NCBI GenBank assembly: GCA_963920595.1
Contig: OY986950.1
Location: 4,836,001 to 4,900,000, forward strand
DNA from: Eimeria praecox
Lineage: Eukaryota
Length of the DNA: 64,000 bases
Direction: 5' to 3'
The notes beneath the pieces are model-generated. The model searched no databases. It saw only the letters and a list, made by a program, of their open reading frames with translations, and was not told where the DNA came from. The translations under genes and the position numbers were made by a program. Below are positions 41,001-53,000 of the stretch, in pieces (the stretch's first letter is position 1; each line of letters opens with the position of its first letter).

Positions 41001-44000
41001 TTGGTAGAATATGATAGTTGGTAGTGTTTGTGGGTGTGTTAGTTTGGGTGTATGCTGGGATGTGGGTGTTTTTGTTGCGGATTCGGGCGTTAAATGTGGG
41101 ATGTGAAAATGTACATGTGTGTGTGTGAATTGGCTGACACTGGTGTGATGTTGGAGGTGGTGTGCGTTTACAGCAGCAGGCGGTGGGTCGCGCTTGAAGA
41201 TATGTTTGGGGCTGGCATGGTTGTATTGTGTATGTGTATGGGTTTGGGATGGTTGGATGTTTGTGGGGCTGTTAGTGTGATATGAGGGTGGGTTTGGGAT
41301 GTATTTTAGCGTTTGTGCGTGTGCGCATATTCTGTACATGTGTGTGGGTTGGTAGAATACGATAGTTGGTAGTGTTTGTGGGTGTTAGTTTGTGTGTATG
41401 CTGGGATGTGGGTGTTTTTGTTGCGGATTAGGGCGTTAAATGTGGGATGTGAAAATGTGCATGTGCGTGTGGAGTGGTTGACGTTGGTGTGGTTTTGGGG
41501 TGGTGGGCTTGTGCGCAGCGAGAGGCGGTGGGTCGCGCTTGAAGATATGTTTGGGGCTGGCATGGCTGTATTGTGTATGTGGATGGGTTTGGGATGGGTG
41601 GAATGTTTGTGCGGCTGCGAGTGTGATATGAGGGTGGATTTGGGATGTATTTTAGCGTTTGCGCGTGTGCGCATATTCTGTACATGTGTGCGAGTTGGTA
41701 GAATATGATAGTTGGTAGTGTTTGTGGGTGTGTTAGTTTGTGTGTATGCTGGGATGTGGGTGTTTTTGTTGCGGATTCGGGCGTTAAATGTGGGATGTGA
41801 AAATGTACATGTGTGTGTGAATTGGCTGACACTGGTGTGATGTTGGAGGTGGTGTGCGTTTACAGCAGCAGGCGGTGGGTCGCGCTTGAAGATATGTTTG
41901 GGGCTGGCATGGTTGTATTGTGTATGTGGATGGGTTTGGGATGGTTGGATGTTTGTGGGGCTGTTAGTGTGATATGAGGGTGGGTTTGGGATGTATTTTA
42001 GCGTTTGTGCGTGTGCGCATATTCTGTACATGTGTGTGGGTTGGTAGAATATGATAGTTGGTAGTGTTTGTGGGTGTGTTAGTTTGTGTGTATGCTGGGA
42101 TGTGGGTGTTTTTGTTGCGGATTCGGGCGTTAAATGTGGGATGTGAAAATGTGCATGTGCGTGTGGAGTGGTTGACGTTGGTGTGGTTTTGGGGTGGTGG
42201 GCTTGTGCGCAGCGAGAGGCGGTGGGTCGGGCTTGAAGATATGTTTGGGGCTGGCATGGCTGTATTGTGTATGTGGATGGGTTTGGGATGGGTGGAATGT
42301 TTGTGGGGCTGCGAGTGTGATATGAGGGTGGATTTGGGATGTATTTTAGCGTTTGCGCGTGTGCGCATATTCTGTACATGTGTGCGAGTTGGTAGAATAT
42401 GATAGTTGGTAGTGTTTGTGGGTGTGTTAGTTTGGGTGTATGCTGGGATGTGGGTGTTTTTGTTGCGGATTCGGGCGTTAAATGTGGGATGTGAAAATGT
42501 ACATGTGTGTGTGAATTGGCTGACACTGGTGTGATGTTGGAGGTGGTGTGCGTTTACAGCAGCAGGCGGTGGGTCGCGCTTGAAGATATGTTTGGGGCTG
42601 GCATGGTTGTATTGTGTATGTGGATGGGTTTGGGATGGTTGGATGTTTGTGGGGCTGTTAGTGTGATATGAGGGTGGGTTTGGGATGTATTTTAGCGTTT
42701 GTGCGTGTGCGCATATTCTGTACATGTGTGTGGGTTGGTAGAATATGATAGTTGGTAGTGTTTGTGGGTGTGTTAGTTTGGGTGTATGCTGGGATGTGGG
42801 TGTTTTTGTTGCGGATTCGGGCGTTAAATGTGGGATGTGAAAATGTACATGTGTGTGTGTGAATTGGCTGACACTGGTGTGATGTTGGAGGTGGTGTGCG
42901 TTTACAGCAGCAGGCGGTGGGTCGCGCTTGAAGATATGTTTGGGGCTGGCATGGTTGTATTGTGTATGTGTATGGGTTTGGGATGGTTGGATGTTTGTGG
43001 GGCTGCGAGTGTGATATGAGGGTGGGTTTGGGATGTATTTTAGCGTTTGTGCGTGTGCGCATATTCTGTACATGTGTGTGGGTTGGTAGAATACGATAGT
43101 TGGTAGTGTTTGTGGGTGTGTTAGTTTGTGTGTATGCTGGGATGTGGGTGTTTTTGTTGCGGATTAGGGCGTTAAATGTGGGATGTGAAAATGTGCATGT
43201 GCGTGTGGAGTGGTTGACGTTGGTGTGGTTTTGGGGTGGTGGGCTTGTGCGCAGCGAGAGGCGGTGGGTCGCGCTTGAAGATATGTTTGGGGCTGGCATG
43301 GCTGTATTGTGTATGTGGATGGGTTTGGGATGGGTGGAATGTTTGTGCGGCTGCGAGTGTGATATGAGGGTGGATTTGGGATGTATTTTAGCGTTCTTGT
43401 GTGTGCGCATATTCTGTACATGTGTGCGAGTTGGTAGAATATGATAGTTGGTAGTGTTTGTGGGTGTGTTAGTTTGTGTGTATGCTGGGATGTGGGTGTT
43501 TTTGTTGCGGATTCGGGCGTTAAATGTGGGATGTGAAAATGTACATGTGTGTGTGAATTGGCTGACACTGGTGTGATGTTGGAGGTGGTGTGCGTTTACA
43601 GCAGCAGGCGGTGGGTCGCGCTTGAAGATATGTTTGGGGCTGGCATGGTTGTATTGTGTATGTGGATGGGTTTGGGATGGTTGGATGTTTGTGGGGCTGT
43701 TAGTGTGATATGAGGGTGGGTTTGGGATGTATTTTAGCGTTTGTGCGTGTGCGCATATTCTGTACATGTGTGTGGGTTGGTAGAATATGATAGTTGGTAG
43801 TGTTTGTGGGTGTGTTAGTTTGTGTGTATGCTGGGATGTGGGTGTTTTTGTTGCGGATTCGGGCGTTAAATGTGAGATGTGAAAATGTACATGTGTGTGT
43901 GAATTGGCTGACACTGGTGTGATGTTGGAGATGGTGTGCGTTTACAGCAGCAGGCGGTGGGTCGCGCTTGAAGATATGTTTGGGGCTGGCATGGTTGTAT

Positions 44001-47000
44001 TGTGTATGTGTATGGGTTTGGGATGGTTGGATGTTTGTGGGGCTGTTAGTGTGATATGAGGGTGGGTTTGGGATGTATTTTAGCGTTTGTGCGTGTGCGC
44101 ATATTCTGTACATGTGTGTGGGTTGGTAGAATACGATAGTTGGTAGTGTTTGTGGGTGTTAGTTTGTGTGTATGCTGGGATGTGGGTGTTTTTGTTGCGG
44201 ATTAGGGCGTTAAATGTGGGATGTGAAAATGTGCATGTGCGTGTGGAGTGGTTGACGTTGGTGTGGTTTTGGGGTGGTGGGCCTGTGCGCAGCGAGAGGC
44301 GGTGGGTCGCGCTTGAAGATATGTTTGGGGCTGGCATGGCTGTATTGTGTATGTGGATGGGTTTGGGATGGGTGGAATGTTTGTGGGGCTGCGAGTGTGA
44401 TATGAGGGTGGATTTGGGATGTATTTTAGCGTTTGTGCGTGTGCGCATATTCTGTACATGTGTGCGAGTTGGTAGAATATGATAGTTGGTAGTGTTTGTG
44501 GGTGTGTTAGTTTGGGTGTATGCTGGGATGTGGGTGTTTTTGTTGCGGATTCGGGCGTTAAATGTGGGATGTGAAAATGTACATGTGTGTGTGAATTGGC
44601 TGACACTGGTGTGATGTTGGAGGTGGTGTGCGTTTACAGCAGCAGGCGGTGGGTCGCGCTTGAAGATATGTTTGGGGCTGGCATGGTTGTATTGTGTATG
44701 TGGATGGGTTTGGGATGGTTGGATGTTTGTGGGGCTGCGAGTGTGATATGAGGGTGGGTCTGGGATGTATTTTAGCGTTTGTGCGTGTGCGCATATTCTG
44801 TACATGTGTGTGGGTTGGTAGAATATGATAGTTGGTAGTGTTTGTGGGTGTGTTAGTTTGTGTGTATGCTGGGATGTGGGTGTTTTTGTTGCGGATTCGG
44901 GCGTTAAATGTGGGATGTGAAAATGTACATGTGTGTGTGAATTGGCTGACACTGGTGTGATGTTGGAGGTGGTGTGCGTTTACAGCAGCAGGCGGTGGGT
45001 CGCGCTTGAAGATATGTTTGGGGCTGGCATGGTTGTATTGTGTATGTGTATGGGTTTGGGATGGTTGGATGTTTGTGGGGCTGCGAGTGTGATATGAGGG
45101 TGGGTTTGGGATGTATTTTAGCGTTTGTGCGTGTGCGCATATTCTGTACATGTGTGTGGGTTGGTAGAATACGATAGTTGGTAGTGTTTGTGGGTGTGTT
45201 AGTTTGTGTGTATGCTGGGATGTGGGTGTTTTTGTTGCGGATTAGGGCGTTAAATGTGGGATGTGAAAATGTGCATGTGCGTGTGGAGTGGTTGACGTTG
45301 GTGTGGTTTTGGGGTGGTGGGCTTGTGCGCAGCGAGAGGCGGTGGATCGCGCTTGAAGATATGTTTGGGGCTGGCATGGCTGTATTGTGTATGTGGATGG
45401 GTTTGGGATGGGTGGAATGTTTGTGCGGCTGCGAGTGTGATATGAGGGTGGATTTGGGATGTATTTTAGCGTTCTTGTGTGTGCGCATATTCTGTACATG
45501 TGTGCGAGTTGGTAGAATATGATAGTTGGTAGTGTTTGTGGGTGTGTTAGTTTGTGTGTATGCTGGGATGTGGGTGTTTTTGTTGCGGATTCGGGCGTTA
45601 AATGTGGGATGTGAAAATGTACATGTGTGTGTGAATTGGCTGACACTGGTGTGATGTTGGAGATGGTGTGCGTTTACAGCAGCAGGCGGTGGGTCGCGCT
45701 TGAAGATATGTTTGGGGCTGGCATGGTTGTATTGTGTATGTGGATGGGTTTGGGATGGTTGGATGTTTGTGGGGCTGTTAGTGTGATATGAGGGTGGGTT
45801 TGGGATGTATTTTAGCGTTTGTGCGTGTGCGCATATTCTGTACATGTGTGTGGGTTGGTAGAATATGATAGTTGGTAGTGTTTGTGGGTGTGTTAGTTTG
45901 TGTGTATGCTGGGATGTGGGTGTTTTTGTTGCGGATTCGGGCGTTAAATGTGAGATGTGAAAATGTACATGTGTGTGTGAATTGGCTGACACTGGTGTGA
46001 TGTTGGAGATGGTGTGCGTTTACAGCAGCAGGCGGTGGGTCGCGCTTGAAGATATGTTTGGGGCTGGCATGGTTGTATTGTGTATGTGGATGGGTTTGGG
46101 ATGGTTGGATGTTTGTGGGGCTGTTAGTGTGATATGAGGGTGGGTTTGGGATGTATTTTAGCGTTTGTGCGTGTGCGCATATTCTGTACATGTGTGTGGG
46201 TTGGTAGAATACGATAGTTGGTAGTGTTTGTGGGTGTTAGTTTGTGTGTATGCTGGGATGTGGGTGTTTTTGTTGCGGATTAGGGCGTTAAATGTGGGAT
46301 GTGAAAATGTGCATGTGCGTGTGGAGTGGTTGACGTTGGTGTGGTTTTGGGGTGGTGGGCCTGTGCGCAGCGAGAGGCGGTGGGTCGCGCTTGAAGATAT
46401 GTTTGGGGCTGGCATGGCTGTATTGTGTATGTGGATGGGTTTGGGATGGGTGGAATGTTTGTGGGGCTGCGAGTGTGATATGAGGGTGGATTTGGGATGT
46501 ATTTTAGCGTTTGTGCGTGTGCGCATATTCTGTACATGTGTGCGAGTTGGTAGAATATGATAGTTGGTAGTGTTTGTGGGTGTGTTAGTTTGTGTGTATG
46601 CTGGGATGTGGGTGTTTTTGTTGCGGATTCGGGCGTTAAATGTGGGATGTGAAAATGTACATGTGTGTGTGAATTGGCTGACACTGGTGTGATGTTGGAG
46701 GTGGTGTGCGTTTACAGCAGCAGGCGGTGGGTCGCGCTTGAAGATATTTTTGGGGATCGCATGGCTGTATTGTGTATGTGGATGGGTTTGGGATGGGTGG
46801 AATGTTTGTGGGGCTGCGAGTGTGATATGAGGGTGGATTTGGGATGTATTTTAGCGTTTGCGCGTGTGCGCATATTCTGTACATGTGTGCGAGTTGGTAG
46901 AATACGATAGTTGGTAGTGTTTGTGGGTGTGTTAGTTTGTGTGTATGCTGGGATGTGGGTGTTTTTGTTGCGGATTCGGGCGTTAAATGTGGGATTTGAA

Positions 47001-50000
47001 AATGTACATGTGTGTGTGAATTGGCTGACACTGGTGTGATGTTGGAGGTGGTGTGCGTTTACAGCAGCAGGCGGTGGGTCGCGCTTGAAGATATGTTTGG
47101 GGCTGGCATGGTTGTATTGTGTATGTGGATGGGTTTGGGATGGTTGGATGTTTGTGGGGCTGCGAGTGTGATATGAGGGTGGATTTGGGATGTATTTTAG
47201 CGTTTGTGCGTGTGCGCATATTCTGTACATGTGTGTGGGTTGGTAGAATATGATAGTTGGTAGTGTTTGTGGGTGTGTTAGTTTGTGTGTATGCTGGGAT
47301 GTGGGTGTTTTTGTTGCGGATTCGGGCGTTAAATGTGGGATGTGAAAATGTACATGTGTGTGTGAATTGGCTGACACTGGTGTGATGTTGGAGGTGGTGT
47401 GCGTTTACAGCAGCAGGCGGTGGGTCGCGCTTGAAGATATGTTTGGGGCTGGCATGGTTGTATTGTGTATGTGGATGGGTTTGGGATGGTTGGATGTTTG
47501 TGGGGCTGCGAGTGTGATATGAGGGTGGGTTTGGGATGTATTTTAGCGTTTGTGCGTGTGCGCATATTCTGTACATGTGTGTGGGTTGGTAGAATATGAT
47601 AGTTGGTAGTGTTTGTGGGTGTGTTAGTTTGTGTGTATGCTGGGATGTGGGTGTTTTTGTTGCGGATTAGGGCGTTAAATGTGGGATGTGAAAATGTACA
47701 TGTGTGTGTGAATTGGCTGACACTGGTGTGATGTTGGAGGTGGTGTGCGTTTACAGCAGCAGGCGGTGGGTCGCGCTTGAAGATATGTTTGGAGCTGGCA
47801 TGGCTGTATTGTGTATGTGTATGGGTTTGGGATGGTTGGATGTTTGTGGGGCTGTTAGTGTGATATGAGGGTGGGTTTGGGATGTATTTTAGCGTTTGTG
47901 CGTGTGCGCATATTCTGTACATGTGTGTGGGTTGGTAGAATACGATAGTTGGTAGTGTTTGTGGGTGTTAGTTTGTGTGTATGCTGGGATGTGGGTGTTT
48001 TTGTTGCGGATTCGGGCGTTAAATGTGGGATGTGAAAATGTGCATGTGCGTGTGGAGTGGTTGACGGTGTGGTTTTGGGGTGGTGGGCTTGTGCGCAGCG
48101 AGAGGCGGTGGGTCGGGCTTGAAGATATGTTTGGGGCTGGCATGGCTGTATTGTGTATGTGGATGGGTTTGGGATGGGTGGAATGTTTGTGGGGCTGCGA
48201 GTGTGATATGAGGGTGGATTTGGGATGTATTTTAGCGTTTGCGCGTGTGCGCATATTCTGTACATGTGTGCGAGTTGGTAGAATACGATAGTTGGTAGTG
48301 TTTGTGGGTGTGTTAGTTTGTGTGTATGCTGGGATGTGGGTGTTTTTGTTGCGGATTCGGGCGTTAAATGTGGGATGTGAAAATGGACATGTGTGTGTGA
48401 ATTGGCTGACACTGGTGTGATGTTGGAGGTGGTGTGCGTTTACAGCAGCAGGCGGTGGGTCGCGCTTGAAGATATGTTTGGGGCTGGCATGGTTGTATTG
48501 TGTATGTGGATGGGTTTGGGATGGTTGGATGTTTGTGGGGCTGCGAGTGTGATATGAGGGTGGGTTTGGGATGTATTTTAGCGTTTGTGCGTGTGCGCAT
48601 ATTCTGTACATGTGTGTGGGTTGGTAGAATATGATAGTTGGTAGTGTTTGTGGGTGTGTTAGTTTGTGTGTATGCTGGGATGTGGGTGTTTTTGTTGCGG
48701 ATTCGGGCGTTAAATGTGGGATGTGAAAATGTACATGTGTGTGTGAATTGGCTGCCACTGGTGTGATGTTGGAGGTGGTGTGCGTTTACAGCAGCAGGCG
48801 GTGGGTCGCGCTTGAAGATATGTTTGGAGCTGGCATGGCTGTATTGTGTATGTGGATGGGTTTGGGATGGTTGGATGTTTGTGGGGCTGTTAGTGTGATA
48901 TGAGGGTGGGTTTGGGATGTATTTTAGCGTTTGTGCGTGTGCGCATATTCTGTACATGTGTGTGGGTTGGTAGAATACGATAGTTGGGAGTGTTTGTGGG
49001 TGTTAGTTTGTGTGTATGCTGGGATGTGGGTGTTTTTGTTGCGGATTCGGGCGTTAAATGTGGGATGTGAAAATGTGCATGTGCGTGTGGAGTGGTTGAC
49101 GGTGTGGTTTTGGGGTGGTGGGCTTGTGCGCAGCGAGAGGCGGTGGGTCGCGCTTGAAGATATGTTTGGGGCTGGCATGGCTGTATTGTGTATGTGGATG
49201 GGTTTGGGATGGGTGGAATGTTTGTGGGGCTGCGAGTGTGATATGAGGGTGGATTTGGGATGTATTTTAGCGTTTGCGCGTGTGCGCATATTCTGTACAT
49301 GTGTGCGAGTTGGTAGAATATGATAGTTGGTAGTGTTTGTGGGTGTGTTAGTTTGTGTGTATGCTGGGATGTGGGTGTTTTTGTTGCGGATTCGGGCGTT
49401 AAATGTGGGATGTGAAAATGTACATGTGTGTGTGAATTGGCTGCCACTGGTGTGATGTTGGAGGTGGTGTGCGTTTACAGCAGCAGGCCGTGGGTCGCGC
49501 TTGAAGATATGTTTGGGGCTGGCATGGCTGTATTGTGTATGTGGATGGGTTTGGGATGGTTGGATGTTTGTGGGGCTGTTAGTGTGATATGAGGGTGGGT
49601 TTGGGATGTATTTTAGCGTTTGTGCGTGTGCGCATATTCTGTACATGTGTGTGGGTTGGTAGAATATGATAGTTGGTAGTGTTTGTGGGTGTTAGTTTGT
49701 GTGTATGCTGGGATGTGGGTGTTTTTGTTGCGGATTCGGGCGTTAAATGTGGGATGTGAAAATGTGCATGTGCGTGTGGAGTGGTTGACGGTGTGATTTT
49801 GGGGTGGTGGGCTTGTGCGCAGCGAGAGGCGGTGGGTCGCGCTTGAAGATATGTTTGGGGATCGCATGGCTGTATTGTGTATGTGGATGGGTTTGGGATG
49901 GGTGGAATGTTTGTGGGGCTGCGAGTGTGATATGAGGGTGGATTTGGGACGTATTTTAGCGTTTGCGCGTGTGCGCATATTCTGTACATGTGTGCGAGTT

Positions 50001-53000
50001 GGTAGAATACGATAGTTGGTAGTGTTTGTGGGTGTGTTAGTTTGTGTGTATGCTGGGATGTGGGTGTTTTTGTTGCGGATTCGGGCGTTAAATGTGGGAT
50101 GTGAAAATGTACATGTGTGTGTGAATTGGCTGACACTGGTGTGATGTTGGAGGTGGTGTGCGTTTACAGCAGCAGGCGGTGGGTCGCGCTTGAAGATATG
50201 TTTGGGGCTGGCATGGTTGTATTGTGTATGTGGATGGGTTTGGGATGGTTGGATGTTTGTGGGGCTGCGAGTGTGATATGAGGGTGGGTTTGGGATGTAT
50301 TTTAGCGTTTGTGCGTGTGCGCATATTCTGTACATGTGTGTGGGTTGGTAGAATATGATAGTTGGTAGTGTTTGTGGGTGTGTTAGTTTGTGTGTATGCT
50401 GGGATGTGGGTGTTTTTGTTGCGGATTAGGGCGTTAAATGTGGAATGTGAAAATGTACATGTGTGTGTGAATTGGCTGCCACTGGTGTGATGTTGGAGGT
50501 GGTGTGCGTTGACAGGAGCAGGCGGTGGGTCGCGCTTGAAGATATGTTTGGAGCTGGCATGGCTGTATTGTGTATGTGGATGGGTTTGGGATGGTTGGAT
50601 GTTTGTGGGGCTGTTAGTGTGATATGAGGGTGGGTTTGGGATGTATTTTAGCGTTTGTGCGTGTGCGCATATTCTGTACATGTGTGTGGGTTGGTAGAAT
50701 ACGATAGTTGGGAGTGTTTGTGGGTGTGTTAGTTTGTGTGTATGCTGGGATGTGGGTGTTTTTGTTGCGGATTCGGGCGTTAAATGTGGGATGTGAAAAT
50801 GTGCATGTGCGTGTGGAGTGGTTGACGGTGTGGTTTTGGGGTGGTGGGCTTGTGCGCAGCGAGAGGCGGTGGGTCGGGCTTGAAGATATGTTTGGGGCTG
50901 GCATGGCTGTATTGTGTATGTGGATGGGTTTGGGATGGGTGGAATGTTTGTGGGGCTGCGAGTGTGATATGAGGGTGGATTTGGGATGTATTTTAGCGTT
51001 TGCGCGTGTGCGCATATTCTGTACATGTGTGCGAGTTGGTAGAATATGATAGTTGGTAGTGTTTGTGGGTGTGTTAGTTTGTGTGTATGCTGGGATGTGG
51101 GTGTTTTTGTTGCGGATTCGGGCGTTAAATGTGGGATGTGAAAATGTACATGTGTGTGTGAATTGGCTGCCACTGGTGTGATGTTGGAGGTGGTGTGCGT
51201 TTACAGCAGCAGGCGGTGGGTCGCGCTTGAAGATATGTTTGGGGCTGGCATGGCTGTATTGTGTATGTGGATGGGTTTGGGATGGTTGGATGTTTGTGGG
51301 GCTGTTAGTGTGATATGAGGGTGGGTGTGGGATGTATTTTAGCGTTTGTGCGTGTGCGCATATTCTGTACATGTGTGTGGGTTGGTAGAATACGATAGTT
51401 GGTAGTGTTTGTGGGTGTTAGTTTGTGTGTATGCTGGGATGTGGGTGTTTTTGTTGCGGATTAGGGCGTTAAATGTGGGATGTGAAAATGTGCATGTGCG
51501 TGTGGAGTGGTTGACGTTGGTGTGGTTTTGGGGTGGTGGGCTTGTGCGCAGCGAGAGGCGGTGGGTCGCGCTTGAAGATATGTTTGGGGCTGGCATGGCT
51601 GTATTGTGTATGTGGATGGGTTTGGGATGGTTGGATGTTTGTGGGGCTGCGAGTGTGATATGAGGGTGGATTTGGGATGCATTTTAGCGTTTGCGCGTGT
51701 GCGCATATTCTGTACATGTGTGCGAGTTGGTAGAATATGATAGTTGGTAGTGTTTGTGGGTGTGTTAGTTTGTGTGTATGCTGGGATGTGGGTGTTTTTG
51801 TTGCGGATTAGGGCGTTAAATGTGGGATGTGAAAATGTACATGTGTGTGTGAATTGGCTGACACTGGTGTGATGTTGGAGGTGGTGTGCGTTTACAGCAG
51901 CAGGCGGTGGGTCGCGCTTGAAGATATGTTTGGGGCTGGCATGGTTGTATTGTGTATGTGTATGGGTTTGGGATGGTTGGATGTTTGTGGGGCTGTTAGT
52001 GTGATATGAGGGTGGGTTTGGGATGTATTTTAGCGTTTGTGCGTGTGCGCATATTCTGTACATGTGTGTGGGTTGGTAGAATACGATAGTTGGTAGTGTT
52101 TGTGGGTGTTAGTTTGTGTGTATGCTGGGATGTGGGTGTTTTTGTTGCGGATTAGGGCGTTAAATGTGGAATGTGAAAATGTGCATGTGCGTGTGGAGTG
52201 GTTGACGTTGGTGTGGTTTTGGGGTGGTGGGCCTGTGCGCAGCGAGAGGCGGTGGGTCGCGCTTGAAGATATGTTTGGGGCTGGCATGGCTGTATTGTGT
52301 ATGTGGATGGGTTTGGGACGGGTGGAATGTTTGTGGGGCTGCGAGTGTGATATGAGGGTGGATTTGGGATGTATTTTAGCGTTTGTGCGTGTGCGCATAT
52401 TCTGTACATGTGTGCGAGTTGGTAGAATATGATAGTTGGTAGTGTTTGTGGGTGTGTTAGTTTGTGTGTATGCTGGGATGTGGGTGTTTTTGTTGCGGAT
52501 TCGGGCGTTAAATGTGGGATGTGAAAATGTACATGTGTGTGTGAATTGGCTGACACTGGTGTGATGTTGGAGGTGGTGTGCGTTTACAGCAGCAGGCGGT
52601 GGGTCGCGCTTGAAGATATGTTTGGGGCTGGCATGGTTGTATTGTGTATGTGGATGGGTTTGGGATGGTTGGATGTTTGTGGGGCTGTTAGTGTGATATG
52701 AGGGTGGGTTTGGGATGTATTTTAGCGTTTGTGCGTGTGCGCATATTCTGTACATGTGTGTGGGTTGGTAGAATATGATAGTTGGTAGTGTTTGTGGGTG
52801 TGTTAGTTTGGGTGTATGCTGGGATGTGGGTGTTTTTGTTGCGGATTCGGGCGTTAAATGTGGGATGTGAAAATGTACATGTGTGTGTGAATTGGCTGAC
52901 ACTGGTGTGATGTTGGAGGTGGTGTGCGTTGACAGCAGCAGGCGGTGGGTCGCGCTTGAAGATATGTTTGGGGCTGGCATGGTTGTATTGTGTATGTGTA

